Positions 19,701 to 29,098 are shown, counted from the first letter of the stretch. The stretch is DNA of 64,000 nt from an uncultured bacterium (GCA_903937035.1 CAIZXS010000012.1:18314-82313), one strand, 5' to 3'. Program-made: numbers and translations. The notes: generated by a model from the letters alone, not told the origin.

Positions 19701-20543
19701 TATCCGAAAGAAAGTTATGTCTATTCAGCTGAAAAAAGTGGTTGGTATGAAATTATTCTTAAAGATAGTCAGAAGGGTTGGGTTAAGGGGCAGTACGTGG
19801 AGCTATCTGCTAGGGGAGCTGTTCAATCTGATGGGCTTGCTGCCCAGGATACTCCGGAAAATCAACTGGTGGTCAAAAATACGCCCACAGGATATCTTAA
19901 TGTGAGAGACGCGGCCTCTGCCGGTGGCGCTCTTTTGGGAAAAGTTTACCCAGGAGAAAAATATATTTTTAGTGAGAAAAAAGATGGTTGGTATAAAATT
20001 AAAATTAAGGATGATGAAGAGGGTTGGGTTATTGGTGAATATGTTGATGCTAAGGGTCCATTGGCGCTTGATGATTTGGACAGAGCGGATAAAAAAGAAG
20101 TTTTAGGCGCTAGCGTCAGCACGGATAGGTTCATTGTTATTAGGCAAACATCTTTAAATTTTGTGAATGTCTATGAAAAGCCAAGCTACACGGAGAGAAT
20201 TATTTCAAAGGCGTATCCTGGTGAGGATTATGCTTTTTTGGAAGTTCAAAGCGGGTGGTACCGGGTAGTGCTTGGCGATAAGCGAGAAGGCTGGATTTTA
20301 GGTGAATTTTTGAAAGTGGAAGACAATGGAAAAACTCAGGATGATGATCAATGGATAGATGTGCAGCCAAGTGATGGGTCGTATGTCAATATTCGCAAAG
20401 ACGCCACGGATTCATCGGCGATTGTGGAGAAGATTTATCTTTCCAGTCATTTTTTGAAATTAGAGGAAAAAAATGATTGGGTAAAAATAAAATTGTTGGA
20501 TGGGAATGTCGGTTGGGTTTTAGGAAAATTTGTGAATAAATAA
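7728..20543 (+). CDS. Giant (about 4270 aa) membrane-anchored surface protein: beta-rich and LamG-like domains, beta-helix, KTDTIxW repeats, coiled coil, two TMs, four C-terminal SH3b domains
   Basis: Uninterrupted ORF (ATG at 7728, TTG at 7722); N-terminal TM; LNVRK..S..IVGKVY..GWY.I...GWV motif four times; many internal repeats. Confidence 0.9.
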   Translation: MRKIKKTRKIALRLRRIFFKIRQFKLRLFWVVFSAGAKSLPGRFCAGMKKIPGTMANLPRNIRNLKWVNIKTFSRRNYPLLLAIVFLTPAFILLFLFVNSRIHKQTTQAAPFTGAVRVSKENTTLSTAGGWLKSMAFSGDGINGDGDYFQPIHPGARATTEGAAGTLAVGEVVMPTITANAYDAAGAVFIPWKPNTNGNFYGVTLAVANLNTTAANLNVVVELLRFPTASYTGTPPTVVWSNYVACSAVNTCVYAADTVIERTQVMRFDQSISGEAAYPGQYGIHYMDFRFDPLAVTTTTHYGFRVYYNSLTTASTWPRNGASKPTVNAANFGLGITDVDTANALTVTVPLANTTQSSYAVAINSAPAVGQAAAARTQNEHWSGTYSDSSGNWTIAGSVSGVQTAKLTSSTDGGTGVAWVNDGVTKTTLSADATATTKLCVSSIAGFAVNQYIDIWDADTTSIQRIIASVSSADVGCSNGPSINVTATLAATDKFTLSKNATVARAIWKLRIIQGAEEAFTENMPTTTKLCVADASRFSVEATAGSSNINIWDDNSIIAARRITTISFADASCASLNSITIDTAITAGTYTIDKNARVAEISANFSNNGTPTDGNIFRFTTLNMGQNPAKIGNGNSFVLLYGKTAAPATSAVNYPWIANQRHAFFVAYGDADTTAPADGDMAIIGGGAADPDSGDSVNLSNDLVLGNISPHTVMVDKNFDMPMAYTGATGGGVGSGLTTPATASYGGSGFVSMLISTRAKLAVSDAINQRYRLTAPGRILLSSGASLELGSSVDPLLKTTTVDLYQDSVGPLVSTVLTSDSTTNTYIDMASTAGFYIGDVVMIKDNNSVPTTRIIAAVTSSTRLTFTAAMVAGYTVAQGATVSRGPNTDVPTGADRRSFIYSARAQAARVNMYSQGADDYRTPRADLAVDIDGNIDTGYLGAQQTAAGNVWMDAAGSLAGDWSALDPLSVAQGNSYAVNDNDSSIGMGANDDASVFPTWTGVGSLGTNADAVYNPEQSEIGTIPLTDIYNYDNTGGVFSVNYQSASSWTIFGDGANTENNDAVYFGDQGNTPIYALEFNIGTAIGATASRIWEYWNGSAWTEFVPKFGWKYVPRGTNNYGVGEYCIPFNADPIYPTATVQMTDTNTLFAPGQYVKIKDNDSATIIRRISTVTAGAPANVVFTEIIPSGYTIAQSAKVCISNGGQWLPMAASDLFSQTGRTMISWNAWDMPSAAKTTVNSTNAYWVRNRISDFTSWTTAPINQTTSVSMQGVENVNSENLTVSSSVSEAKISQLSNGVSFDPNETWTLRYDDNSTAVSTLKTTRWYESQLASWGTAHRWLSPNPDGETSAYYEKNSQEANWHSLNGDFSWTDQSVYAKVYMNQPVDATVGRRVGIFLRQDGDDYGYAAYITKSTTVSTLGWYSTALGAETAIGTATNITFNANQWYCLRAEANGTTLQAKFWSPVSEDADCNGDINEPGTWTESEINQTAFIAGRFGLAADIMLARFDDVTVKNTAGTETWFNDNFNDTGCWKVIGSIHGSQGCAYNSVPFTSSYLNFTLKHRGGVQSGETGINAIIGPLNAPEEGDEIYLSPFERGSSIGLDEAVGITTSDAKTKYENWDFVYNSTSGKYDVTGSQYGAAGTATPGATYTSPDSEVTLRIKAGTPVGPKFGNRAAYFQNSFQRGVGNFTGLNNQSSAIIIQPTWVVAGSATGYNVEGIGGVATQKGTMDFWFKPNFSGSPDYIQYLFDYAPNGNTDRIFARIMPNGVIETVVAPTFGVGATGKLVKSFSATAGQWYHFRLAWEDSDAGQLNIKKAWIDGAAFTSASQGTALGARAANAGYLRLGNSWQYNAGFDGAMDEFAIFDDAVDTSSSCDWASSVAFTVPTTPWTNGQTAGCTTGGGEVRTGNIIFLTHFDNAFEKQKGTMMPDYFIGHPAMVFTNGAETLTGDRLRVVTYPKRTRIWMDNTGSQYTPAARIKYSEGYNIGTAPGTEIGWGTTFQYHHRAASDSTSQPITSPILNLRKQIRIWSDEDVNVANSTAPINQGYGSLLYWPKAIDVNHMELSQLYYGFYLSGNPFTTSLPYPTQYIRKSAFNNVQYYNIYTLSKTLGTQVIDDNNFSAQSANYYPFREDTSANITFSNNYVTGYSSGYFNYLNGGRIFNISGNKFLNAYYPVSLLAGTAKVTIANNEFWRFRRGITLNGNSFIPMSGNSFDGGTSSETSNGYYGTGIYVAPSSSNVEVTDSNSTFGKSIWNEADVSLVPDTTSWLAGSLLRYTGENSSFNSNFHYLGNSTQDKFGGEYLATAIPGVDVRMGTGKDIVNYTNYGLMRTTGPNLIDTTVRTSGGYAWRMESTSKTDALEYTAKVVGVAGKPLAITGYIRMNANYGTANLPTVTVSGLGMTGANLSWTASATADSWQQFVISGTPTESALATVALSVKSEPTVADSGTAENVDDGQGINVPTLIEDADKNWTWNQWTGYKMRDDQGFIFDIIGNTATRLLLKGTRIPFSNTLPTQPYGGIYEIYSPPYVYLDDISVLSGTVDTGTLDFYSQGQPVSPWLSTGLTAENIWGAQYSTFADITGSFGQLLNDSLVAKYSRVSDLSPTLTEFDTDLDSATDDFYNNGVIIFTEGLNEGVMRRISDYAGASKTITVDPALPLIPSDNNRFAIIAATASASGSGGGATAAEIWSYVSRTLTDATLNSGSLATAADVANIRADITSVLTELGTGNISAIKTKTDSIDWSDVTGLVTTAGEIKAKTDSINWSDVTGIVTTAGQIKSKTDTIDWDAVTAIKTSTDTIAWSDVTGIITSSGLIQAKTDTINWSDVTGIKTATDNIDWLDISAIKTKTDTIAWSDVTGIKLNTDTISWGDITTIKANVATLIAEIGTGNISAIKTRTDSINWSDVTGIITSAGEIKAKTDTIDWANVTGIKTKTDTIDWDNVTGIKTKTDTIAWGDIAVIQSSIDALNDISAADIWTYATRTITGDVALTADSRKAIWDTACTILNTSGSIGKQVCENLDIKVSEAGGAGGTTLTAADVWNYTTRTITGLTDPALSALASSVWDNATRTLSSYGNDITAQEVWDTLTSSLTTIDSVGKLLVTNVDETISSRATQASVDAMASNLATVLSEIGTGNISAIKTKTDTINWSNVTGLVTTAGEVKLKTDTINWSDIGAIKTSTDTIDWDDITTIRLKTNTIEWGDIADIKSNVAILISEIGTGNISAIKAGTDTISWSDITGLITTSGAIKLKTDTIDWNKVDAIKTKTDTISWDDVTGIKLKTDTINWTNIDTLNSRVDTTISSRASQASLDAHESADATFRTNTTESLGEISTDVTNLVLNVGEIRTSLSAIETKIDTIGANLNSVDDKIDILDTNVDSIKNTAEDTNIKVSAIQTVVNNILNKWGSYSAADIIGYVDALEGYVGQPDDDSLQETLFGRLKKLDGSAGGGGTLDLVYAQVQATHNKLLSVESDLGFEGKTTSAYDEIAAIKNYVDTVESGINNLDSRTSSIASSVSTVSNDLKDVTGQIGKVDVGSFDSIFEVQKTDIESLKNKVLELKALADINRQLLERTVDEPTVKVMMEWGSVIIKFIIVNPSDSKEQKVPFKAYLPKEVRQEYVMDLGGMELNYDTTTEQYYVTADIFLKSGQAITRAVEIKDIWVFSDEEIASIRKQADELSAGLTDNSYKTQAITLKTDINTRLDRIVRKQKDNNATPQDHILAYRENQEEMKAVTENTKALKDLLLNSGVGKNFLASIGGIQTFATWGIVLALIFGMGALGFFYYALWRKKIINANKPDPKEDETIKTDKESDQELETQIIELPTPSPARLVGVSLSWQKKIFTGLVVLAKDLVRFIGYILKKIISLSIKIWVTALILAVLFVGVSTLWHYRENEKLNVQKEKQSISLPENQAKEDIENLNERGRKVTKMVDEINKKAEEKTNTNQKIDALLEDQEPAMDESGKAEKENKLVIKNTPTNFLNVRKDSSVESEIVGKVYPKESYVYSAEKSGWYEIILKDSQKGWVKGQYVELSARGAVQSDGLAAQDTPENQLVVKNTPTGYLNVRDAASAGGALLGKVYPGEKYIFSEKKDGWYKIKIKDDEEGWVIGEYVDAKGPLALDDLDRADKKEVLGASVSTDRFIVIRQTSLNFVNVYEKPSYTERIISKAYPGEDYAFLEVQSGWYRVVLGDKREGWILGEFLKVEDNGKTQDDDQWIDVQPSDGSYVNIRKDATDSSAIVEKIYLSSHFLKLEEKNDWVKIKLLDGNVGWVLGKFVNK
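15890..17590 (+). repeat. Coding tandem repeats (KTDTI[DN]WSDVTG[I/L], 14- and 21-aa units) in two blocks
   Basis: More than 20 degenerate units at about 15890-16600 and 17110-17590. Confidence 0.9.
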
Positions 20544-20566
20544 GGCTTATCAAGGCAAGAAATAAT

Positions 20567-20701
20567 GAATTATGCGTTTGTCTGGAAAAAGTCCGCACGT
20601 ACATTTCATCTAGCATTTCAAGGTATTTGGTAAAACAAAGAGGGAAAACTAAAAAGAGGAAATTATGCTTTTAAGATTTTTTTCGGGAAAATGCGTAATT
20701 C
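20567..20701 (+). repeat. 135-bp MITE-like hairpin repeat, copy 1
   Basis: 27-bp imperfect terminal IR; similar along its whole length to 22145-22276. Confidence 0.85.
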
Positions 20702-20707
20702 CTAAAA

Positions 20708-21175
20708 CTAATAAAGTAAGCTGGCGATAGTTCGATTGTAGGTGTAGTGGATGAGTATCGCTAAGGATAGTGCAAAAGGAAAGATCCAGCGATACTTTTG
20801 GGAAAAGAAGAGCATTAGTAGTATAGTAAAAACATGTAGTGTAGAGGTCAAGAGGAGTCTTTCTATGAAAATAAGCGGTGAGGCGTAGAGATTAGAGTTG
20901 GAAAGATAAAAGATATTTTCCGAAAAAGCGAAAAATAATCCAATCAAAATAGACAATTGCAATTGGAAAGTTCTCTTTCCTGGGATAGTTAGAATGAGCA
21001 GAACAAAAACAGCTTTTATGCCTTCTTCAATGATATAGGGATAGGGAAGAATCTTTTCAATTGGTAGCAAGATAAGCGAGCTCAGCAGTGCGGCAAGTGG
21101 TAGGGCGATTGCCAAGTAGAGAGATTCGGCTGATTTTTTTTCACCTTTTTCATTTTTTGTTTGAAATGAAGTCAT
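20708..21175 (-). CDS. PrsW-family glutamic intramembrane protease
   Basis: IIEEGIK, FAFSEN, STLH and IHYTYN motifs; multiple TMs. Confidence 0.8.
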   Translation of the reverse strand: MTSFQTKNEKGEKKSAESLYLAIALPLAALLSSLILLPIEKILPYPYIIEEGIKAVFVLLILTIPGKRTFQLQLSILIGLFFAFSENIFYLSNSNLYASPLIFIERLLLTSTLHVFTILLMLFFSQKYRWIFPFALSLAILIHYTYNRTIASLLY

Positions 21176-22112
21176 AAGTAATTTTTGATAAATTAGAAAT
21201 CAGTTCTTTTGATTTTGACAACTCTAAATCTTTAGTCATGATGCAAAGATAGTAGGGACTACTATTCTCGTAGACAATTCCGCAATCAGAAATGCCATCC
21301 GGGCGCTCACCGTACTTATGCGCAACCTGAATTTCCGGTGGAACTCCGGCAGAAATAAGGCTTTCCACTTGAGTGTCTGTGGTAATGCTGAGGGCTTTTT
21401 CTGAAAGTTCCGGGGAGACATAGGTTGCGAAATAGAGAGCCTTAAAAAGGCGAGTATATCCGCGCGGAGTGACAGTTGGTTCGCTTTTTTCCTGATACGG
21501 ATTAGGGATGCCCACATGAGCAAAAATAGCATTTAGTTCAGAGGGGGAGAGCTGTCGACGCAAGACATTTTTTGCCGTATTATCTGAAGCAAGGATCATT
21601 TCTTCTAGTAGATTCCAAAAAGATATTTCATAACCAGCACCTTTTTTGTATAATTTACCAGAATTGCTATCGAGATCTTCCGGAAGAATTTTCATGCTAT
21701 CTTTGAGAGAAATTTCTTCTAGCGTAACTTTTTTCAGGATGCCAAGCATTATGGGAATTTTTAAAAGGCTGGCTGGCGTAAATCCTGTTTTCTCATTGAT
21801 GCCAAGCCAAGCTCCTGTGGTTGAATCTTGAAGAAAAAAACCAATATTTTGCTCCGCTCCAAAATGGGAGATTTCTTTTTCGATTGCCGGCTTTAAATCA
21901 TTGAATTGGATAATAAGCGAATCGGTTTGGACATTAGAGTCTATCGGTACTTGGCTTTTTTGGTTGACAAGCTGGTAGTGTTTTTCTGGCTGACTAGTCA
22001 AGATGCTATTGGTATGTTTTGACTTTGTGTATAAGAATATATTCAAGATTAGTGAAAGAAAAAACAAAAACAAGACCAGCGCAGTTGCTCTATTTTTAAA
22101 AAATAAATTCAT
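21150..22112 (-). CDS. Serine hydrolase, class A beta-lactamase/PBP-like
   Basis: N-terminal TM, ASLLK (SxxK), SDN, HKYG. Confidence 0.9.
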   Translation of the reverse strand: MNLFFKNRATALVLFLFFLSLILNIFLYTKSKHTNSILTSQPEKHYQLVNQKSQVPIDSNVQTDSLIIQFNDLKPAIEKEISHFGAEQNIGFFLQDSTTGAWLGINEKTGFTPASLLKIPIMLGILKKVTLEEISLKDSMKILPEDLDSNSGKLYKKGAGYEISFWNLLEEMILASDNTAKNVLRRQLSPSELNAIFAHVGIPNPYQEKSEPTVTPRGYTRLFKALYFATYVSPELSEKALSITTDTQVESLISAGVPPEIQVAHKYGERPDGISDCGIVYENSSPYYLCIMTKDLELSKSKELISNLSKITYDFISNKK

Positions 22113-22144
22113 GGTCGATTTTTTGGTTAATATGCAATTTTACA

Positions 22145-22276
22145 ACTTACGCGTTTGTCCGGAAAAAGTTCGCACGCATGTCTTTCTCGGCACTTCAAGG
22201 CTTTTAGTAAAGCACGGAAAGAAAGCCAAAATGAGGAAACCGCGCTTTTAAACTTTTTTCGGGTAAATGTGTAAGT
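22145..22276 (+). repeat. 132-bp MITE-like hairpin repeat, copy 2
   Basis: acttacgcgtttgtccggaaaaagtt / aacttttttcgggtaaatgtgtaagt. Confidence 0.85.
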
Positions 22277-22395
22277 GCCAAGTTTATGAAATTATTATAG
22301 CAGGCCATACGAAGAAAATCCAGGATTTTCACACTTTGACTTATCTTGAAAAAAAAGCTAAAGTCGGGGTTGAGATCAGAAGAACGAAATACTTT

Positions 22396-23070
22396 ATGTC
22401 AAAAATCCCAATCTCAAAAATCATCCGTTCCAAGAGAAAAAACATCGCGCTTGTGATTTCACACGACGCGACCTTGATTGTGCGTGCTCCAATGCGCACC
22501 CCACTACACTATATCGAAAAACTGGTCGAAGAAAAATTTGACTGGATTGAAAGAAAGATGCGAGAATTTGAGAAGCGTCCTAAGGCCGACAAGAAAACTT
22601 TCTCGGAAGGCGAAGAGTTTCTTTATTTTGGGAAAAAATACAAATTAGCGCTGACCAATGGACTCAGGATTGAAGCTACTGAGGATTTTGAATTACTTTT
22701 CCCCAGAGTTTTTCTTTGGCGGGCGCATCATCGAATGCACGATTGGTATAAGAAGCAGGCGCATAAAGAAATTTCCGAGCGCACAAAAATAATCGCTGAT
22801 AAATTAAACCTCAAATATTCATCGCTCAAAATTTCCAATGCCAAAACTAACTGGGGATCATGCGGTCCGAAAAATAGTTTGAATTTCAATTGGCGGCTCA
22901 TTATGGCGCCTGAGGGTGTCATTGATTATGTCATCATCCATGAACTGATGCACATTCTTGAAAAAAATCATTCGGCAAAATTTTGGAACAAAGTCGCGGC
23001 TATGATGCCGGATTATAAAACCGCCAGAAAGTGGCTGAGGGAAAATAGTAAGGTTTTGACGTTGGAATGA
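22396..23070 (+). CDS. M48/YgjP (DUF45)-like zinc metalloprotein
   Basis: WGSC, LNFNWRL, DYVIIHELMH, NHSAKFW; ATG at 22396 preferred because the longer ORF starts inside a repeat. Confidence 0.9.
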   Translation: MSKIPISKIIRSKRKNIALVISHDATLIVRAPMRTPLHYIEKLVEEKFDWIERKMREFEKRPKADKKTFSEGEEFLYFGKKYKLALTNGLRIEATEDFELLFPRVFLWRAHHRMHDWYKKQAHKEISERTKIIADKLNLKYSSLKISNAKTNWGSCGPKNSLNFNWRLIMAPEGVIDYVIIHELMHILEKNHSAKFWNKVAAMMPDYKTARKWLRENSKVLTLE

Positions 23071-23164
23071 TTAACAGCTTGCCAAAACCCAAAAGCTAGT
23101 GTAAAATTTGTTCCTAGTAATGCTATTGACGTCTTTTTTAAAAAAATATAACTCTTTTTTGTCT

Positions 23165-25972
23165 ATGTCAAAAAACAAACCCAAGGATCGTAGTCAAATT
23201 ATCGTTCGCGGAGCACGTGTGAATAATTTAAAAAATGTCGACGTGGAAATTCCGCGTGACAAGCTAGTTGTCATTACGGGACTTTCTGGCAGCGGAAAAT
23301 CTTCCTTGGCTTTTGATGCAATTTATGCCGAAGGTAATCGTAGATACTTGGAGGGCATGTCGAGTTATGCGACACAGTTTTTAGATGTATCAGCGAAACC
23401 GGATGTGGACAAGATTGAAAATCTTACCCCGACAATTTCTATTGATCAAAAAAGCATCGCACGCAGTCCGCGCTCAACTGTTGGAACGTTGACAGAAATT
23501 TATGATTATCTGCGCGTGCTTTATGCTAAGACTGGAATGCCGCATTGCCCGCATTGCAAAACACCTCTAGAGAAAATTACTAATTCAGAGGTCTTGGAAG
23601 ATATTCTTAATTCTCCTGATAAAACAAATATCGCGATTCTCGCGAAACTTAATGGCAAGGAGCGAAATTTGAAAGAGACCTTAAAAAGTATTAGCCAGCT
23701 TGGCTATGCACGACTTCGATTTAAGGGGAAAATAATGTCACTTACTGAGGCATTGGCGCTAAATAATGTTGACGCGGATGAGACTTGCAACGCTGAGATT
23801 GTGATTGATCGATTGGTCTTGAATAAAAAAAATCCTGATCGAGAAAGGATTTTGGATTCAATCGAGACTGCTTTCAAGTTGGGCAAAGGTATGGCTGTGG
23901 TAATCAAGGATAACGAAGCCGAGAAGATATATAATCGTGATTTCGTGTGCAAGAAATGTTTTTTTGAAGTAGCCGATATTACCCCGAAACATTTTTCTTT
24001 TAATAGTCCTGAGGGTGCTTGTCAACATTGTTCTGGGCTTGGTATAATCAAGGAAATTGATGAAGATCTCTTGATTCCAAATAAAGACCTAACGCTCGCT
24101 GAGGGGGCAATTTTGTCGTGGAATAAATCAGGCGGGAGATCAAGTGTGCTCGCGAGTGGAAATAATATCTTGAAAATGCTGGGAGACAAGTATGGATTTT
24201 CTGTCGATATTCCGGTGAGAAAAATTAGTCGTGAACATCTGAATATTGTGCTTTATGGTTCGAATGATCCCAAGATAATCTTTGAAGGAGTCATTCCGAC
24301 AATGAAAAAGAAATATGAAGAATTGAATTCCAACTATCTGCGGAGTGAGATTGAAAAATACATGATTGAAAAGGTTTGTCCGCTTTGTTCAGGCAAGCGA
24401 TTAAAAGGTGAATATCTCTCAGTTCTTGTAGCTGGGAAATCGATTGATCAAACAGTGGATTTATCTCTTGTGGATTTTTCTATTTTCCTGGAAACACTAG
24501 AAAAAACAAATATTAGTTCGGCCAAGAAAAATATTATTTTACCGTTAGTCAAAGAAATGAAAGCGCGTAGTGCCGCACTTCAGAATGTGGGCTTGGGCTA
24601 TCTTTCGCTTTCGCGCTCGGCTAATTCTATTTCCGGCGGAGAAGGGCAGCGTATCCGTCTTGCAACTCAGATCGGTTCGGAACTTTCTGGCATCACTTAT
24701 GTTTTGGACGAGCCTTCTATTGGCCTGCATAATCGTGACACGGAAAAGCTGATTGCGACAATGGAAGAATTGCGTGAAGCGGGGAATTCATTGATTACTG
24801 TGGAGCATGATGAGCAAATAATTCGCAAAGCGGATTGGATTATCGATATGGGGCCTGGTGCTGGTGAGGAAGGTGGAGAAGTGATTTTTTCCGGCGACCT
24901 TGTTAAACTTTTAAAATCAAAAACTTTGACGGCGCAATACTTGAATGGAAAAAGACACGTTGGCGATAAAAAAAAGGCGCGCAAGGGTTCTGGAAAATTT
25001 ATTAAAATTCAGGGAGCGACGGAGCACAACTTGAAAAATATCGATGCGAATCTTCCCTTGGGAAAATTTATCTCGCTTACCGGTGTTTCTGGTTCAGGTA
25101 AATCAACATTGGTAACTGATATTCTGTCGAAAGCCTTGGCGAAACATTTTTTCAACACAAAAGAAACTCCTGGTAAACATAAGAAAATTAGTGGGATGGA
25201 AAGTATTGATAAGGTGATTAGTATCAATCAATCTCCAATCGGTCGTACGCCAAGATCAAATGCCGCAACGTATACTGGTGTATTTTCACTTATCCGTGAA
25301 CTGTTTGCACAGACGGAAGAATCACGTACTCGAGGATATGATGCTAGTCGGTTCAGTTTTAATATGAAAGGCGGGCGTTGTGAGGATTGTCAGGGCGAAG
25401 GAAAAAAGAAAATTGAGATGCATCTTCTGCCGGATGTTTATGTTGCCTGCGAAACATGTAATGGCGCAAAGTACAATCAAAGAACGCTAGAAATTGAATA
25501 TCGCGGCGTGAGTATTGCTGCGGTACTTGATATGAGTGTGAGTTACGCGTTGGCCTTTTTTAAAAATTCTAAATTAGTGACAGAGAAATTAGCCACACTG
25601 GAAAAAGTTGGTCTGGGCTACCTTAAATTGGGGCAAAGTGCAGTAGATCTTTCTGGTGGAGAGGCGCAACGGATTAAGCTGGCGACAGAGCTTTCTCGTC
25701 GTGCGACTGGTAAGACGCTCTATATTTTAGATGAACCAACGATTGGTCTTCATTTTGAAGATATTCGAAAGCTGTTAGGCGTGCTTGACGCGCTTGTGGA
25801 CAAAGGCAATACTGTGCTCGTTGTTGAGCATAACGTGGACGTGATTCGTAATTCTGATTGGGTGATCGATCTTGGTCCAGAAGGCGGATCGGGCGGAGGA
25901 GAAATTGTTTTTGAGGGGTCACCGGCGGAACTGAAAAAATGCTCAAAGAGTTGGACGGGGAAATACCTCTAG
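23165..25972 (+). CDS. uvrA: Excinuclease ABC subunit A, second paralog
   Basis: [17 protein letters not shown] and [16 protein letters not shown] and LSGGEAQR, Zn fingers; ATG at 23165. Confidence 0.95.
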   Translation: MSKNKPKDRSQIIVRGARVNNLKNVDVEIPRDKLVVITGLSGSGKSSLAFDAIYAEGNRRYLEGMSSYATQFLDVSAKPDVDKIENLTPTISIDQKSIARSPRSTVGTLTEIYDYLRVLYAKTGMPHCPHCKTPLEKITNSEVLEDILNSPDKTNIAILAKLNGKERNLKETLKSISQLGYARLRFKGKIMSLTEALALNNVDADETCNAEIVIDRLVLNKKNPDRERILDSIETAFKLGKGMAVVIKDNEAEKIYNRDFVCKKCFFEVADITPKHFSFNSPEGACQHCSGLGIIKEIDEDLLIPNKDLTLAEGAILSWNKSGGRSSVLASGNNILKMLGDKYGFSVDIPVRKISREHLNIVLYGSNDPKIIFEGVIPTMKKKYEELNSNYLRSEIEKYMIEKVCPLCSGKRLKGEYLSVLVAGKSIDQTVDLSLVDFSIFLETLEKTNISSAKKNIILPLVKEMKARSAALQNVGLGYLSLSRSANSISGGEGQRIRLATQIGSELSGITYVLDEPSIGLHNRDTEKLIATMEELREAGNSLITVEHDEQIIRKADWIIDMGPGAGEEGGEVIFSGDLVKLLKSKTLTAQYLNGKRHVGDKKKARKGSGKFIKIQGATEHNLKNIDANLPLGKFISLTGVSGSGKSTLVTDILSKALAKHFFNTKETPGKHKKISGMESIDKVISINQSPIGRTPRSNAATYTGVFSLIRELFAQTEESRTRGYDASRFSFNMKGGRCEDCQGEGKKKIEMHLLPDVYVACETCNGAKYNQRTLEIEYRGVSIAAVLDMSVSYALAFFKNSKLVTEKLATLEKVGLGYLKLGQSAVDLSGGEAQRIKLATELSRRATGKTLYILDEPTIGLHFEDIRKLLGVLDALVDKGNTVLVVEHNVDVIRNSDWVIDLGPEGGSGGGEIVFEGSPAELKKCSKSWTGKYL

Positions 25973-26012
25973 GAAATGGAAAATGTAAATCTCAAAAATC
26001 AAAATTATTTTC

Positions 26013-26151
26013 TGTCATCCTGAGCGTAGTCGAAGGATCTGCTTGGGATAACTGCAAGCTTTACCATAAATCATAAAGCCTGTGATAATGGAAGGCAGAT
26101 CCTTCGACTTCATAAATTTTCTATTGAAAATTTATTCCGCTCAGGATGACA
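26013..26151. repeat. GTCATCCTGAGCG..GAAGGATCT / AGATCCTTCG..CGCTCAGGATGAC palindromic element with a nested AT-rich palindrome
   Basis: Arms at 26013-26041 and 26096-26151; ataaattttc-tatt-gaaaatttat inserted at 26112-26135. Confidence 0.85.
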
Positions 26152-26172
26152 AGTTTTTTCATACTACTTTCT

Positions 26173-27144
26173 ATGCACAGCTCGCTTTCCCAAAACATTC
26201 TTGCTACTATTGCATACTACGATGTCCTGGATTATCCCTTGACGGTTTTTGAATTGTGGAAATATTTGATTAGTAATCAGCAAGCAGTAGGTGGTGACGA
26301 GGAAAAAGACAAGGTAGTACTTATAGATATAATCAATGAAATAGAAAACGAAGAGCTGAAAAAGCAAATCGAAACTTTCCGTGGGTATTATTTTTTGCCA
26401 GGGCGCATTAATTTGGTGGCGCAAAGAATTGAGCGCAATAAGATATCTGAAGAAAAGTATGAGATAGTCCAGTGGGTCGTGCAGTTTTTGCGTTTTGTGC
26501 CATATGTGAGAATGATTTTGGTGACTGGTCGGGTGGCAATGAAAAATGCTGACAAAAAAAGTGATCTTGATCTCTTAATTTGTCTGGAAAAAGGAAGAAT
26601 TTTTACTGGTAGAACTTTAGTTACGCTAGCGATTCATCTTTTGGGAAAAAGGCGTTACGGAAAAAAAATTACAAATAGAATTTGTCTTAATTATTTTATT
26701 ACTACTGGATCTTTGGAGATTGAAATGCAAGATCTTTTCGCATCCTCGGAGTATTTTTTTGCTCTTCCCGTGTTTGGTTTTAATGTTTTTGGAGAATTTC
26801 AAAAAGCCAATGGCTGGATTTCTAAATATCATGAAAATTTTAGCTCCACGGAAATTCCAAATCTAAAATTGAAATCTGACAACTATTTTTCAAAGTTAAT
26901 TCGATCTGTTGGTGAGAAATTACTTGGCTTTGATTATCTTGAGCAAAAATTAAAAGTCTGGCAAACTAAAAGAATTGCCTTGGATCCACGTACGAATATG
27001 CCCGGAAGCATGATTGTTGCTGATGACAATTCTTTGGTTTTTTTGCCTGAGCCGCAGGGGCCGAAAGTTTTTGAAGCATTTAAGCTGAGAATGGAAAAAC
27101 TAGAAGAAAAACAGCAGAGATGCCCCGTTAGGACGTCTGCTTGA
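26173..27144 (+). CDS. Nucleotidyltransferase-fold conserved protein
   Basis: TGRVA...SDLDL motif resembling the Pol-beta G-[S]..DxD signature. Confidence 0.6.
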   Translation: MHSSLSQNILATIAYYDVLDYPLTVFELWKYLISNQQAVGGDEEKDKVVLIDIINEIENEELKKQIETFRGYYFLPGRINLVAQRIERNKISEEKYEIVQWVVQFLRFVPYVRMILVTGRVAMKNADKKSDLDLLICLEKGRIFTGRTLVTLAIHLLGKRRYGKKITNRICLNYFITTGSLEIEMQDLFASSEYFFALPVFGFNVFGEFQKANGWISKYHENFSSTEIPNLKLKSDNYFSKLIRSVGEKLLGFDYLEQKLKVWQTKRIALDPRTNMPGSMIVADDNSLVFLPEPQGPKVFEAFKLRMEKLEEKQQRCPVRTSA

Positions 27145-27177
27145 CTAAGTCTTTCGTTTTTGTCAAAATAGAAGATA

Positions 27178-27204
27178 TTAGCACTCTAGCCTTATGATTG
27201 CTAA
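27178..27204 (+). promoter_or_regulatory. CIRCE (HrcA operator)
   Basis: TTAGCACTC-N9-GATTGCTAA (one mismatch to consensus) upstream of groL; TTGACT-17-CAAAAT at 27141-27169. Confidence 0.9.
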
Positions 27205-27208
27205 AACG

Positions 27209-27363
27209 ATATCCTCCTCGCCCTTAGGGAGAGGATGTCACGAGCACGTGACAGGTGAGGGTTCTTGCTAATACGGGGAAGCTGTTGGTTATATTGAAAG
27301 CTTTGGTGTTATTGATAGCACCCTCATCCGCCCTTCGGGCACCTTCTCCCGGAGGGAGAAGAG
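27209..27363 (+). repeat. CCCTCATCCG..CCTTCTCCC..GGGAGAAG-type paired palindromic element
   Basis: Second copy in opposite orientation at 48801-48952. Confidence 0.85.
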
Positions 27364-27400
27364 AAATTAAATGACAATTTGTTTAATTTATAGAAAATAA

Positions 27401-29098
<1,698 letters not shown>

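Noticed and set aside
20567-22276. Integron attC interpretation of the 135-bp hairpins
   Set aside because: No RYYYAAC/GTTRRRY core sites and no integron integrase in the window
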